From Flavobacteriales bacterium (GTDB lineage: Bacteria; Bacteroidota; Bacteroidia; CAIKAF01), in assembly GCA_025055635.1 (NCBI GenBank), contig JANWWQ010000007.1, positions 1,711 through 65,710 of the forward strand: a DNA stretch of 64,000 nucleotides. The letters run 5' to 3'. Positions 7,977-18,267 of the stretch are shown here, piece after piece. The translations under genes were made by a program, and so were the position numbers. Every line of letters starts with the position of its first letter. Within the stretch, counting starts at the first letter, position 1. The notes under the pieces are model-generated. The model was not told the DNA's origin. It saw nothing but the letters and a program-made list of their open reading frames with translations, and made no database searches.

Positions 7977-9680
7977 ATGGCCGGTTATATCGTTTCAGCA
8001 CGTAAATATCGTCCGGTACGTTTTGATGAAGTAGTGGGTCAAGCCCACGTGACCGAAACCCTGAAAAACGCTGTACGAACCGGTAAGGTGGCACATGCAT
8101 TCCTGTTCTGTGGGCCGCGTGGTGTGGGAAAAACGACCACGGCTCGTATTTTAGCTAAAATAATAAATTGCCTAAATCCCGGCCCTGATTATGAACCCTG
8201 TAACCAATGTGCCTCCTGCTTAGCCTTCAAACAAAACAATTCCTTTAATATTCATGAGCTGGACGCCGCTTCTAACAATAGCGTCAACGATATCCGTCAG
8301 CTCATAGAACAGGTGCGCATCCTCCCCCAGGTGGGCAAGTACTCCGTCTATATTATTGACGAAGCGCATATGCTCACCCAACAAGCCTTCAATGCCTTCC
8401 TGAAAACCCTGGAAGAGCCCCCTGCCCATGCTGTTTTCATCTTAGCGACTACGGAAAAGCACAAGATCATTCCCACAGTGCTTTCGCGTTGCCAAGTGTT
8501 TGACTTTGCGCGCATCAGCACGGAAGACATCAGCCGTCATCTGGCTGAAATTGCCCGAAAGGAACAGATTACCTACGACCCTGATGTGCTCTTTTATATA
8601 GCTAAAAAAGCCGACGGGGGTTTACGCGATGCCCTCTCAATCTTTGACCGCCTGGTGAACTTCTGCGGCAACCATCTTAGCCGTGAGGATGTGTTCCGCA
8701 ACCTTTATATTCTGGACCATGAACATTTCTTCCGTATCACAGACTATGCCTTAGAGGGCAATCATGCAGCCTTGTTGTCCATTTTTGACCAAATCCTAAG
8801 CGCCGGATTTGAGGGTCAGCATTTTATCATGGGCCTGGCTGAACATTTCCGCTCACTCCTTGTAGCCCGCTCCCCAGAAACACTTAAGTTGCTGGATACG
8901 GGTGAATCCATCCGCCAACTTTATCAGGAGCAGGCTTCGCGGTGCAGCGAGAACTTTCTTTATGAGGCCCTGAATTTGGTGAACGAGGCTGACCTTCAAT
9001 ATCCTTCGGCCTCTTCAAAAAGGTTCTTTGTGGAAGTGATGCTGATGCGTCTGGCTGCCCTAAAAAAAAAACCATACACCGAGCCCCTGAACCCTCTCTC
9101 TATAGCCGCTGAACCACCTGAAAGGGAAAGAGATTTTCCCCACCAGGATGTCCTGGTATCTTCCTCAAAAGACTCTAAAAGGATACCTACCTACAAAGGT
9201 CTCTCCATTCATCCTGAAAACCATAATCATCCAGACCAGAACGGGGGACAGAGGCCTCCCCTCCCCTCCCATAAAAGCAATGACATGTCCTGGCAGATTG
9301 AATCGTTGATCCGGAAAGTGGATTGGCTGCAAACCCTTCAAAACATTAAGGGTCAGCTGGCCGAGTCTGAAAAAGACCGTACCCTCTATACCCTGCTGGA
9401 GACTCTGCCTGCAGAGTGGCACAGTCCACGGCTTGTGTTTCGTTGCAAAAACAAATCAGAGCAGAACCTATTACAAGAACATGTGCCTGAATTACGGCGC
9501 AGGCTTGGACTTCTGTCCCCTGTAGGCTACATCCCCGAGATAAACGTTATCCTGAATGAGGCGGCCGTGAAGCCTCCTGTTGCGGCTGCTATCTCCCCGA
9601 AAGAGCTGTTCCAAAAGATGGCGGGTAAAAATCCGGCCCTTGAGAGCTTTTCTAATATTCTGGGTTTTCACACAGATTGA
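7977..9680 (+). CDS. dnaX: DNA polymerase III subunits gamma/tau
   Basis: The N-terminus YRPVRFDEVVGQAHVTETL, Walker A GPRGVGKTT, a CxxC zinc module and DEAHML are all present. 567 aa. Confidence 0.9.
   Translation: MAGYIVSARKYRPVRFDEVVGQAHVTETLKNAVRTGKVAHAFLFCGPRGVGKTTTARILAKIINCLNPGPDYEPCNQCASCLAFKQNNSFNIHELDAASNNSVNDIRQLIEQVRILPQVGKYSVYIIDEAHMLTQQAFNAFLKTLEEPPAHAVFILATTEKHKIIPTVLSRCQVFDFARISTEDISRHLAEIARKEQITYDPDVLFYIAKKADGGLRDALSIFDRLVNFCGNHLSREDVFRNLYILDHEHFFRITDYALEGNHAALLSIFDQILSAGFEGQHFIMGLAEHFRSLLVARSPETLKLLDTGESIRQLYQEQASRCSENFLYEALNLVNEADLQYPSASSKRFFVEVMLMRLAALKKKPYTEPLNPLSIAAEPPERERDFPHQDVLVSSSKDSKRIPTYKGLSIHPENHNHPDQNGGQRPPLPSHKSNDMSWQIESLIRKVDWLQTLQNIKGQLAESEKDRTLYTLLETLPAEWHSPRLVFRCKNKSEQNLLQEHVPELRRRLGLLSPVGYIPEINVILNEAAVKPPVAAAISPKELFQKMAGKNPALESFSNILGFHTD
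9062..9071 (+). other. A10 homopolymer inside dnaX; candidate transcriptional slippage or frameshift site for the gamma subunit
   Basis: Ten consecutive A residues encode KKK at codons 363-365 of 567. The two alternative frames stop after 13 codons (start 9071) and 5 codons (start 9073). Confidence 0.4.
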
Positions 9681-9784
9681 ATTTTATTTTTCTATTATCT
9701 AAATTCTAGATATTCTTGAGAGGTTTCAACCTGCACACTATTCAGTTTGTATCTGCCAGCAGCCCCTCTGTCCTGATTATTTTC

Positions 9785-11857
9785 ATGCTGTTTCCAAGCT
9801 GTATGGAAAATAAGTCTACCCCCCCTAGTTTGCCTGAAAGCCTTTTGAGTGATACGGTCTTTGAAAAATTCGGCATAAAAAGGTCAGACCCTTACTACCG
9901 ATTGAGAGAAAGGGATAACCCCTTGGTGTTGCAGCACCTGAAAAACGAAAACGACTACACCAGTCGCCAGATGGCTCCTTTGCAGCAACTGCGAGATAAG
10001 ATTTTAGATGAACTGGTGGCTCGCATACCTCCGGAAGATGAAATGTACCCAACGTACTATAAGGGATGGTACTACGGATATTACTACCAAGCTGGTAAGG
10101 AATATCCCATTCATTACAGGAGCCGTGATCAGAATGCCACTGAAAAGCAAGTTTTTTTAGACGAAAATGAGCTGGCAAAAGAAAAGCCTTACTGTGATGT
10201 GGCAGCCATTGAATTCAGTCCGGATGAACGATACCTGGCATACGCTGTGGACTACGTGGGAAACCGATGCTATTCCATTTATGTAAAAGATTTGAATTCG
10301 GGTCAGGTGCGGGAAGAGGTGCCTAACATCTCTGAAGGTGGGTTGGTATGGACGGCTGACAGCCGCGCATTTTTGTATGTGGAAAAAGATCCACAAACGC
10401 TCCGCCCTTACAAAGTTCGTTGCCACAGGGTTGGGACGCCCCAAAGAGATGACGCTCTCCTCTACACTGAGGAAGATGAGACATTTTCCTGTGGAGTCTC
10501 AAAAACCACCGATGAAAAATTTCTACTCATAGAATGCGCAAGTACCGAAAGCAGTGAAGTATTGTATGCACCGGCAGCGGGCGTCCTCCAATTTAAACCG
10601 ATAATCCCCCGAACAAAAGGACATTTATATGATGTGGATTTCCATGAAAATCGCTGGATTATTTGCACCAACTACCAGGCCCCCAATTTCAGAATTGTAG
10701 CCCTGCCCTTCGGAAAAAATTCTCCTCAGGATTTTAAAGAGATAGTGCCCCAGCAACCCTATCTAATTGAGGATTTCGCCCTCACCCGCTTTTGGCTGGC
10801 TTGGACAGGTATTAGCCAGGGAAGTTGCGACCTGTATTGCACCAGTTGGAAGGAACTTAAACCTCAAAAAATTGACATGGGTGGGGCACCCCACTCTGTA
10901 GAACTCCATGGCAATCTGGATTATAACGTGCCCTACGTGCGTTTTTCTTACAATGATCTGCGGACGATCCCCATGCTTTATGATGTGGAACCCGGTAAAC
11001 CTCCTGTATTCCGTTTTCGGCGTAAAGTGAATTTCCATTATGATGAGGATAAGTACCACACTCTGCTTCTTCAGGCTCCGGCCCGAGACGGAGCCCACAT
11101 TCCCATTTCACTGGTCTATCGAAAGGATATGTTTAAAAGGGGAAAAAATCCTTTGTTGCTTTATGGATATGGATCGTATGGAATTTCTCTATTGCCAAAT
11201 TTTAGCTCTTCGCGCCTGAGTTTATTGGACAGAGGATTTGTGTTGGCTTATGCTCATGTGAGAGGAGGGCAGGACAACGGTAGGGCGTGGTACGATTCTG
11301 GACGTTTGCTGTTCAAAAAGAATACCTTTTACGATTTTATTGATTGTGCTGAATTTTTGAAGTTACAGGGATGGTGTGCAGCGGACAAGATCATGGCTAT
11401 GGGAGGAAGTGCAGGCGGCATGCTGATGGGTGCCGTTTTAAATATGCGTCCTGATCTATGGGCAGCTGTAGTGGCAGAGGTGCCTTTTGTGGACGTAGTG
11501 ACCACGATGCTGGATGAGACCATTCCCTTGACCACCGCCGAATACGATGAATGGGGCAATCCTAACGACCCAAAGTATTTCAAGTACATGCTGAGCTATT
11601 CTCCTTATGATAATGTGCCCCACGCGGCATTTCCTCCAGTTCTGGTTCTCACAGCACTTCATGATTCGCAAGTTCAGTATTGGGAGCCGGCTAAATGGGT
11701 GTTGAGACTTCGGGAGCGCAATACGGGCCCAAATCCTATTTTATTACATTGCGAGATGGAGGCCGGCCACGGGGGAAAAACGGGTCGTTACAGCGCCTTG
11801 GAAGAAGTGGCGCTCATCTACACTTTTTTATTGCATTGGGCCGGAATAAACCAATAA
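9785..11857 (+). CDS. ptrB: S9A prolyl oligopeptidase family serine peptidase (oligopeptidase B-like)
   Basis: It has an N-terminal beta-propeller region and a C-terminal catalytic domain with the GGSAGG nucleophile motif and YGSYG. The start could be the ATG at 9785 or at 9803; the ORF-track start at 9716 is unlikely. Confidence 0.8.
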   Translation: MLFPSCMENKSTPPSLPESLLSDTVFEKFGIKRSDPYYRLRERDNPLVLQHLKNENDYTSRQMAPLQQLRDKILDELVARIPPEDEMYPTYYKGWYYGYYYQAGKEYPIHYRSRDQNATEKQVFLDENELAKEKPYCDVAAIEFSPDERYLAYAVDYVGNRCYSIYVKDLNSGQVREEVPNISEGGLVWTADSRAFLYVEKDPQTLRPYKVRCHRVGTPQRDDALLYTEEDETFSCGVSKTTDEKFLLIECASTESSEVLYAPAAGVLQFKPIIPRTKGHLYDVDFHENRWIICTNYQAPNFRIVALPFGKNSPQDFKEIVPQQPYLIEDFALTRFWLAWTGISQGSCDLYCTSWKELKPQKIDMGGAPHSVELHGNLDYNVPYVRFSYNDLRTIPMLYDVEPGKPPVFRFRRKVNFHYDEDKYHTLLLQAPARDGAHIPISLVYRKDMFKRGKNPLLLYGYGSYGISLLPNFSSSRLSLLDRGFVLAYAHVRGGQDNGRAWYDSGRLLFKKNTFYDFIDCAEFLKLQGWCAADKIMAMGGSAGGMLMGAVLNMRPDLWAAVVAEVPFVDVVTTMLDETIPLTTAEYDEWGNPNDPKYFKYMLSYSPYDNVPHAAFPPVLVLTALHDSQVQYWEPAKWVLRLRERNTGPNPILLHCEMEAGHGGKTGRYSALEEVALIYTFLLHWAGINQ

Positions 11858-12230
11858 TAAATTTTTTTTACTAATTAGAAGAGTTGGAACCTGTTCATTT
11901 CCGCTTTTTGGAAAAAAGCTTCTTTGCAAGTCAATTGGAGGAATCTCATATTTTCAAAAATTTGGAAAATTTAGTTTCAATGATGAACATAAAAAGTACA
12001 ACAAAATCTGGTCACACAGGCAATGTCTTAAGAGCAGGCCTTATTTCTTTTTTTATGAAGCTTATTACAGCCTTTTGTTCCCAATAAGAATCATAAAAAA
12101 CTTTAACTTTATTTTAAAAAGATATCAGTTTAGGGTTTTTCCCCTTTACCCGCAAGATACTGGCTCCTGAGTCCTAGGAGCAGATCATCTAAATCTTAAA
12201 AATTTTTTTTTGTTAAGAGTTTATTAATGA

Positions 12231-12818
12231 CTATTCCTTTATTTCCTCAAGCCGGATGAGAGCAAAGATGGCATAATTGCAGATATCTTGAAGATTTGAG
12301 ACGACCTCTTGGGTGCTGTCAGATGAGGGGTTTATAAGCAGTTGCCGTACGCGCACAATTTTAACGATAATCATATCAGTCAGTGAGGAAAGCAACATCT
12401 GGCGCCAAGCGTCCCCATAGTCCTGATTTTTGGCGATAAGCAGGGAGCGAATTTTCTCTGCTTCCTCATCGTAAAAAGTACTAATTTGGTTTGGTGTGAG
12501 AGGATCAATCCCAACCTCCGGGGCTGGTCCAAAGCGCATTTGAAGTAGGGTGATAATGGCATAATTGACCAGGGCTTGATATTCTGTTTCAACACCTTCA
12601 CCTACGGCGGTGAATCCCTGCTCTTCAAGCGTGCGGATGCGGCGCGCTTTGATGAGCATTTGGTCGGCCAGGGATGCAGGTCTAAAATGGCGCCAGGATG
12701 GGCCATAGCGAGAGAGCTTTTGTAAAAAGATACTTTTGCAATGCGCTACCAGGGTATCAAACTGCTGTAACGTAGAACCCCGTGGCGCAGGCTCGGCGTG
12801 GGCATGCATTTGTCGCAA
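12231..12818 (-). CDS. DUF1599 domain protein (the family commonly adjacent to folP)
   Basis: 195 aa. The identification rests on the recalled DUF1599-folP pairing and on general shape. The start overlaps the divergent folP ORF; alternative start MHAHA at 12809. Confidence 0.65.
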   Translation of the reverse strand: MRQMHAHAEPAPRGSTLQQFDTLVAHCKSIFLQKLSRYGPSWRHFRPASLADQMLIKARRIRTLEEQGFTAVGEGVETEYQALVNYAIITLLQMRFGPAPEVGIDPLTPNQISTFYDEEAEKIRSLLIAKNQDYGDAWRQMLLSSLTDMIIVKIVRVRQLLINPSSDSTQEVVSNLQDICNYAIFALIRLEEIKE

Positions 12819-13661
12819 AGGAAATATATCCGGCTGAAAGGTAGACTGTTGGATTTAAGCCAACCGAGGGTGGTGGGCATTGTGAATGTTACTCCAGATT
12901 CTTTTTATGCTCCAAGCCGTGCATCATCGGCTAGTGAAGTGATAAGCCGGGTAGAACAAATGCTTGAACAAGGGGTGGATATTGTAGACGTAGGAGCTGT
13001 GAGTACCCGCCCTGGGGCCTTGATGCCTGATGCAGAGGAAGAATGGCGAAGACTGAAACCTGCCCTTGAGGCACTCGTAAAGGAATGGCCCGAATTGCCT
13101 GTGTCCGTGGATACCTGGCGGCCAGAAATTGCACGCCGTGCCTTGGACGCCGGTGCGGCCATGATCAATGATATCTCTGGAGGTACTTTTGAAGAAGGTA
13201 TGGCTCGCACGGCAGCCGAATATCAGGTGCCCGTAGTGCTGATGCACACCAGTGCCCCCCCTCACCTGATGCAGAATCATACAGATTATGAGGATGTGGT
13301 GCGGGATGTGATGGCCTTTTTAATTTCTCAAGCTACGGCGTGGGAACAAGAAGGGGTAAGGGATATTATTATAGATCCGGGAATAGGATTCGGAAAAACC
13401 ATTTTTCAGAATTTTGAGTTGTTGGCGTATCTTCACCTTTACAAGACCCTGCCCTGGCCCGTGATGGTGGGTTTGAGCCGTAAGCGCTTTATTCGGGTAA
13501 CATTGGGGGTGAATGCTGAAGAGGCCCTTAATGGCACCACAGCCTTACACATGGTGTGCCTTCAGGCTGGGGTGCGCTTGCTCAGAGTGCATGATGTGAA
13601 GGAAGCTGTGCAGTGCATAAAACTATTTATGAGTCTTCAAGAAGCCTCGGCAATTCCTTAA
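12798..13661 (+). CDS. folP: dihydropteroate synthase
   Basis: Motifs GIVNVTPDSFYA, DVGAVSTRPGA and INDISGG are present. The true start is probably downstream of 12798; a TTG at 12810 gives an N-terminus aligned to E. coli FolP. Confidence 0.85.
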   Translation: MGMHLSQRKYIRLKGRLLDLSQPRVVGIVNVTPDSFYAPSRASSASEVISRVEQMLEQGVDIVDVGAVSTRPGALMPDAEEEWRRLKPALEALVKEWPELPVSVDTWRPEIARRALDAGAAMINDISGGTFEEGMARTAAEYQVPVVLMHTSAPPHLMQNHTDYEDVVRDVMAFLISQATAWEQEGVRDIIIDPGIGFGKTIFQNFELLAYLHLYKTLPWPVMVGLSRKRFIRVTLGVNAEEALNGTTALHMVCLQAGVRLLRVHDVKEAVQCIKLFMSLQEASAIP

Positions 13662-13688
13662 AACTGGTCAAACCATTGGAAAGCCTTT

Positions 13689-14567
13689 TTAAGGAAGAAG
13701 ATAGGTTGCAACGAAGGTGTGGGTATTAACCAGGTTCCGATAGCCTAGGATAGAGAGATTCATCTGAGCCTGCTGCATATAGGCATTGGTCCTAACCATA
13801 AGTGATTTGCCGTCCAGCAGGCAATAACCATTTTGGTGGCCTTTAAAAAAATTTTCGTAGCGGCCTGTGTCGGGGCTATTAAAGTGAGCGGAGTAACGGA
13901 GCACCACGCCAGCATCGGTAAGGCTTTCTACGGTGAATTGTGTGTTGGTGTTCAAGGGTAGTTCAGGAGCAAGGCCTAGCTGGGAAGTGACAATGTAAGT
14001 ATCTCCTTTTCTAACAGGTCTCTGAGGCAAAGAGGCCAGAAATTGCTCCAAGGTTGTGTTCTTTGATAAAACCATAGGGGAGGAACCCGGTAAGGTGGAA
14101 CCAGGTAAAACCACTTTTTTCCAAACTCTTTCAAAATCTGATTGAATAACCCTACCAGTAGAAGTGACCCGGATATTGAATTCCTTACCCACGACTTCTT
14201 TAAAAACTCTACCAATAATGTCAAATCTTTTAGAAACAGAGTCAGGTTTTTGCGAATCAAAATAAAATGTGGTTACCGTGTCGGCAACGGGTATCCATTG
14301 ATGTATGATAATCCGTTGAATAGAACTTGTGAGGTCAAATGCGCTATCGCCGTAAAACCTGGAAAATGACACGTTCTGATAAATACGGTAGTGTTGCCTC
14401 ATATCTATCCCCATGGTATGGAGCTTTTGATGAATATTGATCAGGTAATGCAGCGTATCACCCAGCTTAGGCCGGATGCGCAGTAACCAGGCAGGCCCCT
14501 TTTGACATGAGGCCAAGACAGAAAGTAGCAAGACCTGAACACCTATCCAAGAGGCAAGGTGCTTCAT
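13689..14567 (-). CDS. hypothetical lipoprotein
   Basis: 292 aa with a signal peptide and lipobox (LLLSVLASC). No recognised domain. Confidence 0.55.
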   Translation of the reverse strand: MKHLASWIGVQVLLLSVLASCQKGPAWLLRIRPKLGDTLHYLINIHQKLHTMGIDMRQHYRIYQNVSFSRFYGDSAFDLTSSIQRIIIHQWIPVADTVTTFYFDSQKPDSVSKRFDIIGRVFKEVVGKEFNIRVTSTGRVIQSDFERVWKKVVLPGSTLPGSSPMVLSKNTTLEQFLASLPQRPVRKGDTYIVTSQLGLAPELPLNTNTQFTVESLTDAGVVLRYSAHFNSPDTGRYENFFKGHQNGYCLLDGKSLMVRTNAYMQQAQMNLSILGYRNLVNTHTFVATYLLP

Positions 14568-14623
14568 TTTATTTAAATACGATTGGTAGACAGAAATGTG
14601 TGTTAATGAGTTCTAAAATCAGG

Positions 14624-15565
14624 TTAATCCAAGCGGGCCACGCTACGAACAGAATCCTGAATTTTCTTCAGGCCGGCACGCCGCAAAGGACTGGCGGCAG
14701 TGGCCATAGCAAAAGTTTCGTCCGTGATTTCCAACCATTGATGAGCAGCCCATTGCAGTAAATTGACTTCACCTGGCTCAAAGTCCGAAATTCTATGGGG
14801 AGATGAAAAACGATTCCACGGACACACTTCCTGACAAATATCACAACCAAAAATCCAGTGGTTCCAGGTGCCGCGGTATTCTGCTGGGATGTTTTCCTTC
14901 AGTTCAATGGTAAAGTAGGAAATACAACGGGAACCATCCACTACATAAGGTTCAGTAATTGCTCCGGTGGGACAGGCATCAATACAACGGGTACAGGTAC
15001 CACAAAAATCACCAATAGCTGTATCGTACTCAAATTCCAGGTCACATATGATTTCGGCCAGGAAGAAATAACTCCCAGCTTTTTTTATAATCAGATTACT
15101 ATGTTTACCCAACCATCCCAGCCCGGCGCGGTTAGCCCAAGCTTTCTCTAGCACCGGACCTGAGTCATTGAAAAAACGGTAAGCAAATTCTCCAAATTCC
15201 CTTTTAAGGTCGGCGATAAGCCGCTTGAGCATGGCCCGTAGCACCTTATGATAATCTTTACCGTAGGCATATCGGCTGATTTTTAAGCCGTCAGGATTAC
15301 GGAACTCCCGCCTTGGATAATAATTCACAGCCAAAGCGATCACGCTCTTGGCGCCCGGCACCAGCTTCCTCGGATCCAGGCGCAAGTCAAACCACCGCTC
15401 CATGTAGTCCATATGACCATGGAGCCCCCTGCGCAGCCAGCTTTCAAGACGGGGAGCCTCCTCCTCAAGAAATTCAGCCTTTGCCACCCCACAATAATCA
15501 AATCCGTGGTTGCGGGCTAATTCTTTCAGCCGGAGCGTATTTTTTCTCAACTGCACGGGGTTCAT
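14624..15565 (-). CDS. queG: tRNA epoxyqueuosine(34) reductase
   Basis: Two ferredoxin-like cysteine clusters (CGTCTRCIDACP and CDICQEVCPWN) sit in a 313-aa protein with QueG-typical spacing. Confidence 0.85.
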   Translation of the reverse strand: MNPVQLRKNTLRLKELARNHGFDYCGVAKAEFLEEEAPRLESWLRRGLHGHMDYMERWFDLRLDPRKLVPGAKSVIALAVNYYPRREFRNPDGLKISRYAYGKDYHKVLRAMLKRLIADLKREFGEFAYRFFNDSGPVLEKAWANRAGLGWLGKHSNLIIKKAGSYFFLAEIICDLEFEYDTAIGDFCGTCTRCIDACPTGAITEPYVVDGSRCISYFTIELKENIPAEYRGTWNHWIFGCDICQEVCPWNRFSSPHRISDFEPGEVNLLQWAAHQWLEITDETFAMATAASPLRRAGLKKIQDSVRSVARLD

Positions 15566-15585
15566 GACTCCGGCAAAAAATTTTC

Positions 15586-16959
15586 TTATACTAATTCAAA
15601 ATAACGTTGGATTTCCCAATCGGTTACGGGCCGCATGAACCGGTTCCACTCTGCCTCCCGCGTAGCAACAAAATGGTTAACAAAATCCTCCCCAAAAAGT
15701 TCGCGAGCGACTTCAGACTTTTTCATAGCTTGAGTAGCTTCCCACAAATCAGCCGGAAGGCGACCGTGACGATTATCCAAATATCCATTTCCCTCTGTTG
15801 GTGGTATGTGGAGTTTCATTTTATTCTGGATACCGTACAATCCAGAGGCTAGACTTGCAGCCATAGCCAAGTAGGGATTGGAATCACTACCACTCACCCG
15901 CATTTCAATCCGGGTTGCCTGGGGCCCACATTCAATTACACGAATGGCTGTTGTACGATTGTCAAAACCCCACGTGAGAGTAGTGGGTGCCCAGGCCCCC
16001 TCTACCAGCCTCTTATAGCTGTTCACATTAGGTGCCAACATGGGCAAAATATGGGGCAAACAGTACAGTTGACCCGCAATGTAGCTCTCCATCAGCGCGC
16101 TGATGCGGCGCGAGGATTTAACATCGTAAAAGAGATTTTTGCCAGTTTCGGGATCTGCTAAGCTCTGATGGAGGTGTCCACTGCAGCCGGGCAAATGTTC
16201 ATTCCACTTAGCCATGAAAGACGCAATAATACCGTGTTGAGAAGCGATCTGCTTTACAAAGGTTTTAAAGAGCACGGCTCTGTCAGCGGCCTCTACAACG
16301 GTAGCATGGCAGATGGCTGCTTCGGCCACGCCGGGGCCAGTTTCCGTATGGAGTCCTTCCAAAGGAACTCCGGCTGCCTGAAGGTGAGCAAAAAGTTGGT
16401 TCCAGAAGGCCTGATTTTCAGCCAAACGAAGTAGGGAATACCCAAACATTCCTCTAGTGATGGGCTCCGGCACTTTAAAGCCTTCCGTGAATTTATTGTT
16501 TGGTTCCTGAGTTTTTTTAAAATTAAACCACTCAAATTCCTGAGCAAACAAGGGCTCATAGCCCATGGCATGGGCCCTCTGTTGCACTTCCATGAGCAGG
16601 CGTCGGGGGCAAGGGGCTGGCGCCTCAAAATGCCCCAACACCAGAAGAGATCCTTCCTGCCAGGGAAGCCGGCGGGCCGATCCCAGATCAATCTTCACCA
16701 GCGCATCGGGATAGCCCGTGTGCCACCCTGTGAATTTTACATTATCATAGGCTACATCCCCGATATCCCATCCGAATACCACATCACAGAAACCAAATCC
16801 CTTTTCTATGGCGGACCGAAATTTTTCCACGGCCATCATTTTGCCCCGAAGCACACCATCCAGGTCAGCCACAGCGACGCGCACGTAAGGCAACTCATAA
16901 TGGTGCATCAATGCCTTAAATTGGTCTTTTAATTCCTTTGGAGAAGATTTCTTTGACAT
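15586..16959 (-). CDS. glutamine synthetase family protein (GS catalytic-domain enzyme; candidate gamma-glutamyl-amine synthetase)
   Basis: 457 aa with an N-terminal GS beta-grasp-like region and a GS catalytic domain. It sits immediately downstream of an ethanolamine permease in the same orientation. Confidence 0.75.
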   Translation of the reverse strand: MSKKSSPKELKDQFKALMHHYELPYVRVAVADLDGVLRGKMMAVEKFRSAIEKGFGFCDVVFGWDIGDVAYDNVKFTGWHTGYPDALVKIDLGSARRLPWQEGSLLVLGHFEAPAPCPRRLLMEVQQRAHAMGYEPLFAQEFEWFNFKKTQEPNNKFTEGFKVPEPITRGMFGYSLLRLAENQAFWNQLFAHLQAAGVPLEGLHTETGPGVAEAAICHATVVEAADRAVLFKTFVKQIASQHGIIASFMAKWNEHLPGCSGHLHQSLADPETGKNLFYDVKSSRRISALMESYIAGQLYCLPHILPMLAPNVNSYKRLVEGAWAPTTLTWGFDNRTTAIRVIECGPQATRIEMRVSGSDSNPYLAMAASLASGLYGIQNKMKLHIPPTEGNGYLDNRHGRLPADLWEATQAMKKSEVARELFGEDFVNHFVATREAEWNRFMRPVTDWEIQRYFELV

Positions 16960-16968
16960 GCTTGAAAA

Positions 16969-18261
16969 TTACTTCTTATTTTTTCTGGGATATAAATAAA
17001 AGGCAGAACCGCTTGCCAACCCTGCCAGAAGGATAACAAAAATGTGTTCCCGGTAATGATAAGCTAGTCCCACCACCACTATCAAAGACATCATAATGAC
17101 AAAAACGGCGGCCGGTATCCCTCCTTTGAATCGAAAGGGACGGGACAGTGTGGGGGCCTTAATCCTCAGACCCATAAAAGCGGTCATGGAAAGAATGTAA
17201 AGACCCAAGGCTCCAAGGGCTGAGAGAGTAATCATGTCCTCAGACCGAGCCAGAATCACACATAAAAGTCCTATGGTTGAATTCACCAGCAAGGCGGCAC
17301 GGGGGACCCCTGATTGTGGGTGCTCGCGGCAGAGGAAGGCCGGGGCAAAGCCCTGGCCTGCAAAATTGCACAGCAGTTTCGCGGAAGCCAGCAGGATACC
17401 ATTAAATGATGCAGACAGACCAATCAGTCCAAACACAGTGAATATTCCAGCAAGGGCAGAAGGGACTTTTCTATGGGCCGCCACATTTAACAGAGGGGAA
17501 TCCGAAGGCTCCGTACGTCCAGGAAAATATACTACTTCATGATTTCCGGCTAGACCCACTGCGCAAGTCAAAGTCAACAAGGAGCAAAGTGACAGAATTG
17601 TAAGGGCTAGACTAAACCCCCTTAAAATATTACGCTCAGGGTGTTGCACATCTTCGGCCAAATTACCCAGACCTTCAATTGCCAAAAAGAACCAGATAAT
17701 GAATGGAGCAGAAGCCAGTGATTCCAAAGGTTTCACTTCTAGGGGTTGAAAGTTTTGCACGGATATTCCCTCCCTAAAAGAATAACCGTAAAAAAACAAA
17801 AGTCCCAGAAGAGCCAGTAGCGTAACCAACAATTCAACGGTGGCCGAAAAGCGGATTCCTATCACATTGATTCCAGAAAAAAGGACATAAAGACTGACGG
17901 CCCACGCAGTGGATGAAATAAAAGGGAAAAAATGATGTAGGTAGTAAGACATTCCCAGGGCAATAGCGGGAGCTGCAAGAATGAATTCCACGATTTGAAA
18001 AAAACCGCATAAAAACGCGGCTTTGGGGCCGAAGGCTTTCAAGGCATATTCAAAACCGCCACCAGCCTTTGGAATGGCACAAGCTAACTCCGCGTAAGCC
18101 AGAGAAAAAAACCAATACATTACCACAACGGGGACGTACATCGCCACGTAACTCCAAAATCCAGCCTTTTCAAGACCTAAATTCCAGCCGAAATAATTTC
18201 CCGAGATCACCATCCCTACTCCAAGGGCCGTAAACATGGCCAGATTCAATCGATCCGACAT
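16969..18261 (-). CDS. eat: ethanolamine permease (APC family, Eat/EutP-like)
   Basis: Blocks VISGNYFGW, AIPKAGGGFEYALKAFGP and VEFILAAPAIA parallel E. coli Eat (VISGEYFGW, AIPHAGGPFAY, IEFVFAPPAIA). 430 aa, 12-TM profile. Confidence 0.8.
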   Translation of the reverse strand: MSDRLNLAMFTALGVGMVISGNYFGWNLGLEKAGFWSYVAMYVPVVVMYWFFSLAYAELACAIPKAGGGFEYALKAFGPKAAFLCGFFQIVEFILAAPAIALGMSYYLHHFFPFISSTAWAVSLYVLFSGINVIGIRFSATVELLVTLLALLGLLFFYGYSFREGISVQNFQPLEVKPLESLASAPFIIWFFLAIEGLGNLAEDVQHPERNILRGFSLALTILSLCSLLTLTCAVGLAGNHEVVYFPGRTEPSDSPLLNVAAHRKVPSALAGIFTVFGLIGLSASFNGILLASAKLLCNFAGQGFAPAFLCREHPQSGVPRAALLVNSTIGLLCVILARSEDMITLSALGALGLYILSMTAFMGLRIKAPTLSRPFRFKGGIPAAVFVIMMSLIVVVGLAYHYREHIFVILLAGLASGSAFYLYPRKNKK

Positions 18262-18267
18262 CCGCCT

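Noticed and set aside
11884-12087. 67-aa ORF in the ptrB-DUF1599 intergenic region
   Set aside because: It has a TTG start, no motif and an AT-rich context, so it is probably non-coding.
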